Assembly (NCBI GenBank): GCA_023254095.1
Contig: JALNLM010000020.1
Location: forward strand, 1-15,948
DNA: 15,948 nucleotides
Direction: 5' to 3'
From: Candidatus Geocrenenecus huangii
GTDB lineage: Archaea > Thermoproteota > Nitrososphaeria_A > Caldarchaeales > Wolframiiraptoraceae
Below are positions 15,359-15,948 of this stretch, one piece after another (position 1 is the first letter of the stretch; the number at the start of each line of letters is the position of its first letter). A model generated the notes under the pieces. It did no database searches. It was not told where the DNA came from and saw only the letters and a list, made by a program, of their open reading frames with translations. Position numbers and translations under genes: made by a program.

Positions 15359-15436
15359 AAGTGTATAAGAATATGTGGTATGCTGTTGAAAAGGTTCTTC
15401 TCATGGGCTCGCTCCAGCCAATATGAATGTAATTTT

Positions 15437-15948
15437 CTATGGGGATGAAAAGAGTATTGGTTCGGGATTGAATTCTGGAAGAGATGATATTTTCTTAAGT
15501 TTTTCTAACACCTCTCTTCTAATCTCAGTGGGAGGCTTAATCTCTCTAACTAGTTCACCGTCAACTATTAGTGGCTTTAGAAGAGGCTCTACAGGTTCTC
15601 CACATACTGGGCATCTATCTAATAGTTTATCGAACGGCGTAACAGCATCATGAAATTTCGAGCATCTATATACCTGTTTCTTCCCCGGCATCTTTCCCTT
15701 CTTAGAAATCGGTTTACCTTCTACTTCAACTACATCTAATGCAAGGTCTACTGATGGTGGGAATGCGATAGATGTTCCCACACCGAACCCGTCGGCTATG
15801 TCATTGAGCTCTCGTACATCCTCTTCATCCAATCCACCGCTCACATATATCTTGACATGCTTGTATCCAAGAATATCAAGAGCCCATCTGGCTTCCTGAA
15901 CTATCTTCCTCATATCCCCTCTTCTCGAACTAGGTGTATCGAACCTTA
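15437..15948 (-). CDS. pncB: Nicotinate phosphoribosyltransferase, archaeal type; 5' part lies outside the window
   Basis: The frame is open to the right edge: [24 protein letters not shown]...YVSGGLDE...GFGVGTSI...[14 protein letters not shown], ending in a C-terminal CPVC zinc-ribbon-like element. Confidence 0.92.
   Translation of the reverse strand, partial: RFDTPSSRRGDMRKIVQEARWALDILGYKHVKIYVSGGLDEEDVRELNDIADGFGVGTSIAFPPSVDLALDVVEVEGKPISKKGKMPGKKQVYRCSKFHDAVTPFDKLLDRCPVCGEPVEPLLKPLIVDGELVREIKPPTEIRREVLEKLKKISSLPEFNPEPILFSSP

Noticed and set aside
15355-15426. Short plus-strand ORF MKVYKNMWYAVEKVLLMGSLQPI overlapping the IS-relic stop (ATGA)
   Set aside because: Only 23 codons with no recognisable similarity, so it cannot be supported as a gene or as a transposase continuation.
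1339-15653. Remaining short ORFs antisense to or overlapping assigned genes (for example 1627-1899, 2662-2970, 3911-4186, 6090-6428, 7108-7347, 12027-12338, 14233-14502, 15423-15653)
   Set aside because: They overlap well-supported conserved genes and have no recognisable motifs.
1-15948. CRISPR arrays, tRNA or rRNA genes, selenocysteine or pyrrolysine read-through, inteins
   Set aside because: I saw no spaced repeats, cloverleafs or GC-rich structural RNA. The conserved proteins have normal lengths and complete C-termini, with no in-frame stops inside conserved domains.

Overview
This is a gene-dense, mostly housekeeping archaeal window. eS30, eS4, Nop5/fibrillarin, Rpo7-Spt4 and TATA-box promoters point to a TACK/Thermoproteota-type lineage, probably thermophilic (inference). 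Genes from left to right: a multi-Fe-S radical SAM protein that runs off the left edge and is missed by the ORF track; an Mth938-domain gene with a 1-nt frameshift; a RimI/Ard1 acetyltransferase; a flavin reductase-family protein; a ZIP transporter; dephospho-CoA kinase-spt4-rpo7; a stand-alone GltD/NfnB-like flavo-Fe-S oxidoreductase; fibrillarin-nop5; rps30e; argF; sfsA; a hypothetical protein; an isolated rpl24-rps4e-rpl5 fragment of the spc cluster; a two-subunit class I fumarase; a probable IS5-family transposase remnant; and the 3' part of a nicotinate phosphoribosyltransferase. I see no clearly new multi-gene system, CRISPR array, tRNA or rRNA. The best leads are: (1) the NfnB/GltD-like protein has His where the family has the Glu/Gln cluster ligand, plus an unexplained N-terminal extension; (2) the radical SAM protein carries three types of Fe-S domain and sits behind a frameshifted Mth938 gene; (3) two candidate C/D-box RNAs; (4) palindromic operators at the ZIP and argF promoters; (5) fragmentation of conserved ribosomal gene clusters. 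All family calls come from motif recognition, not database searches.
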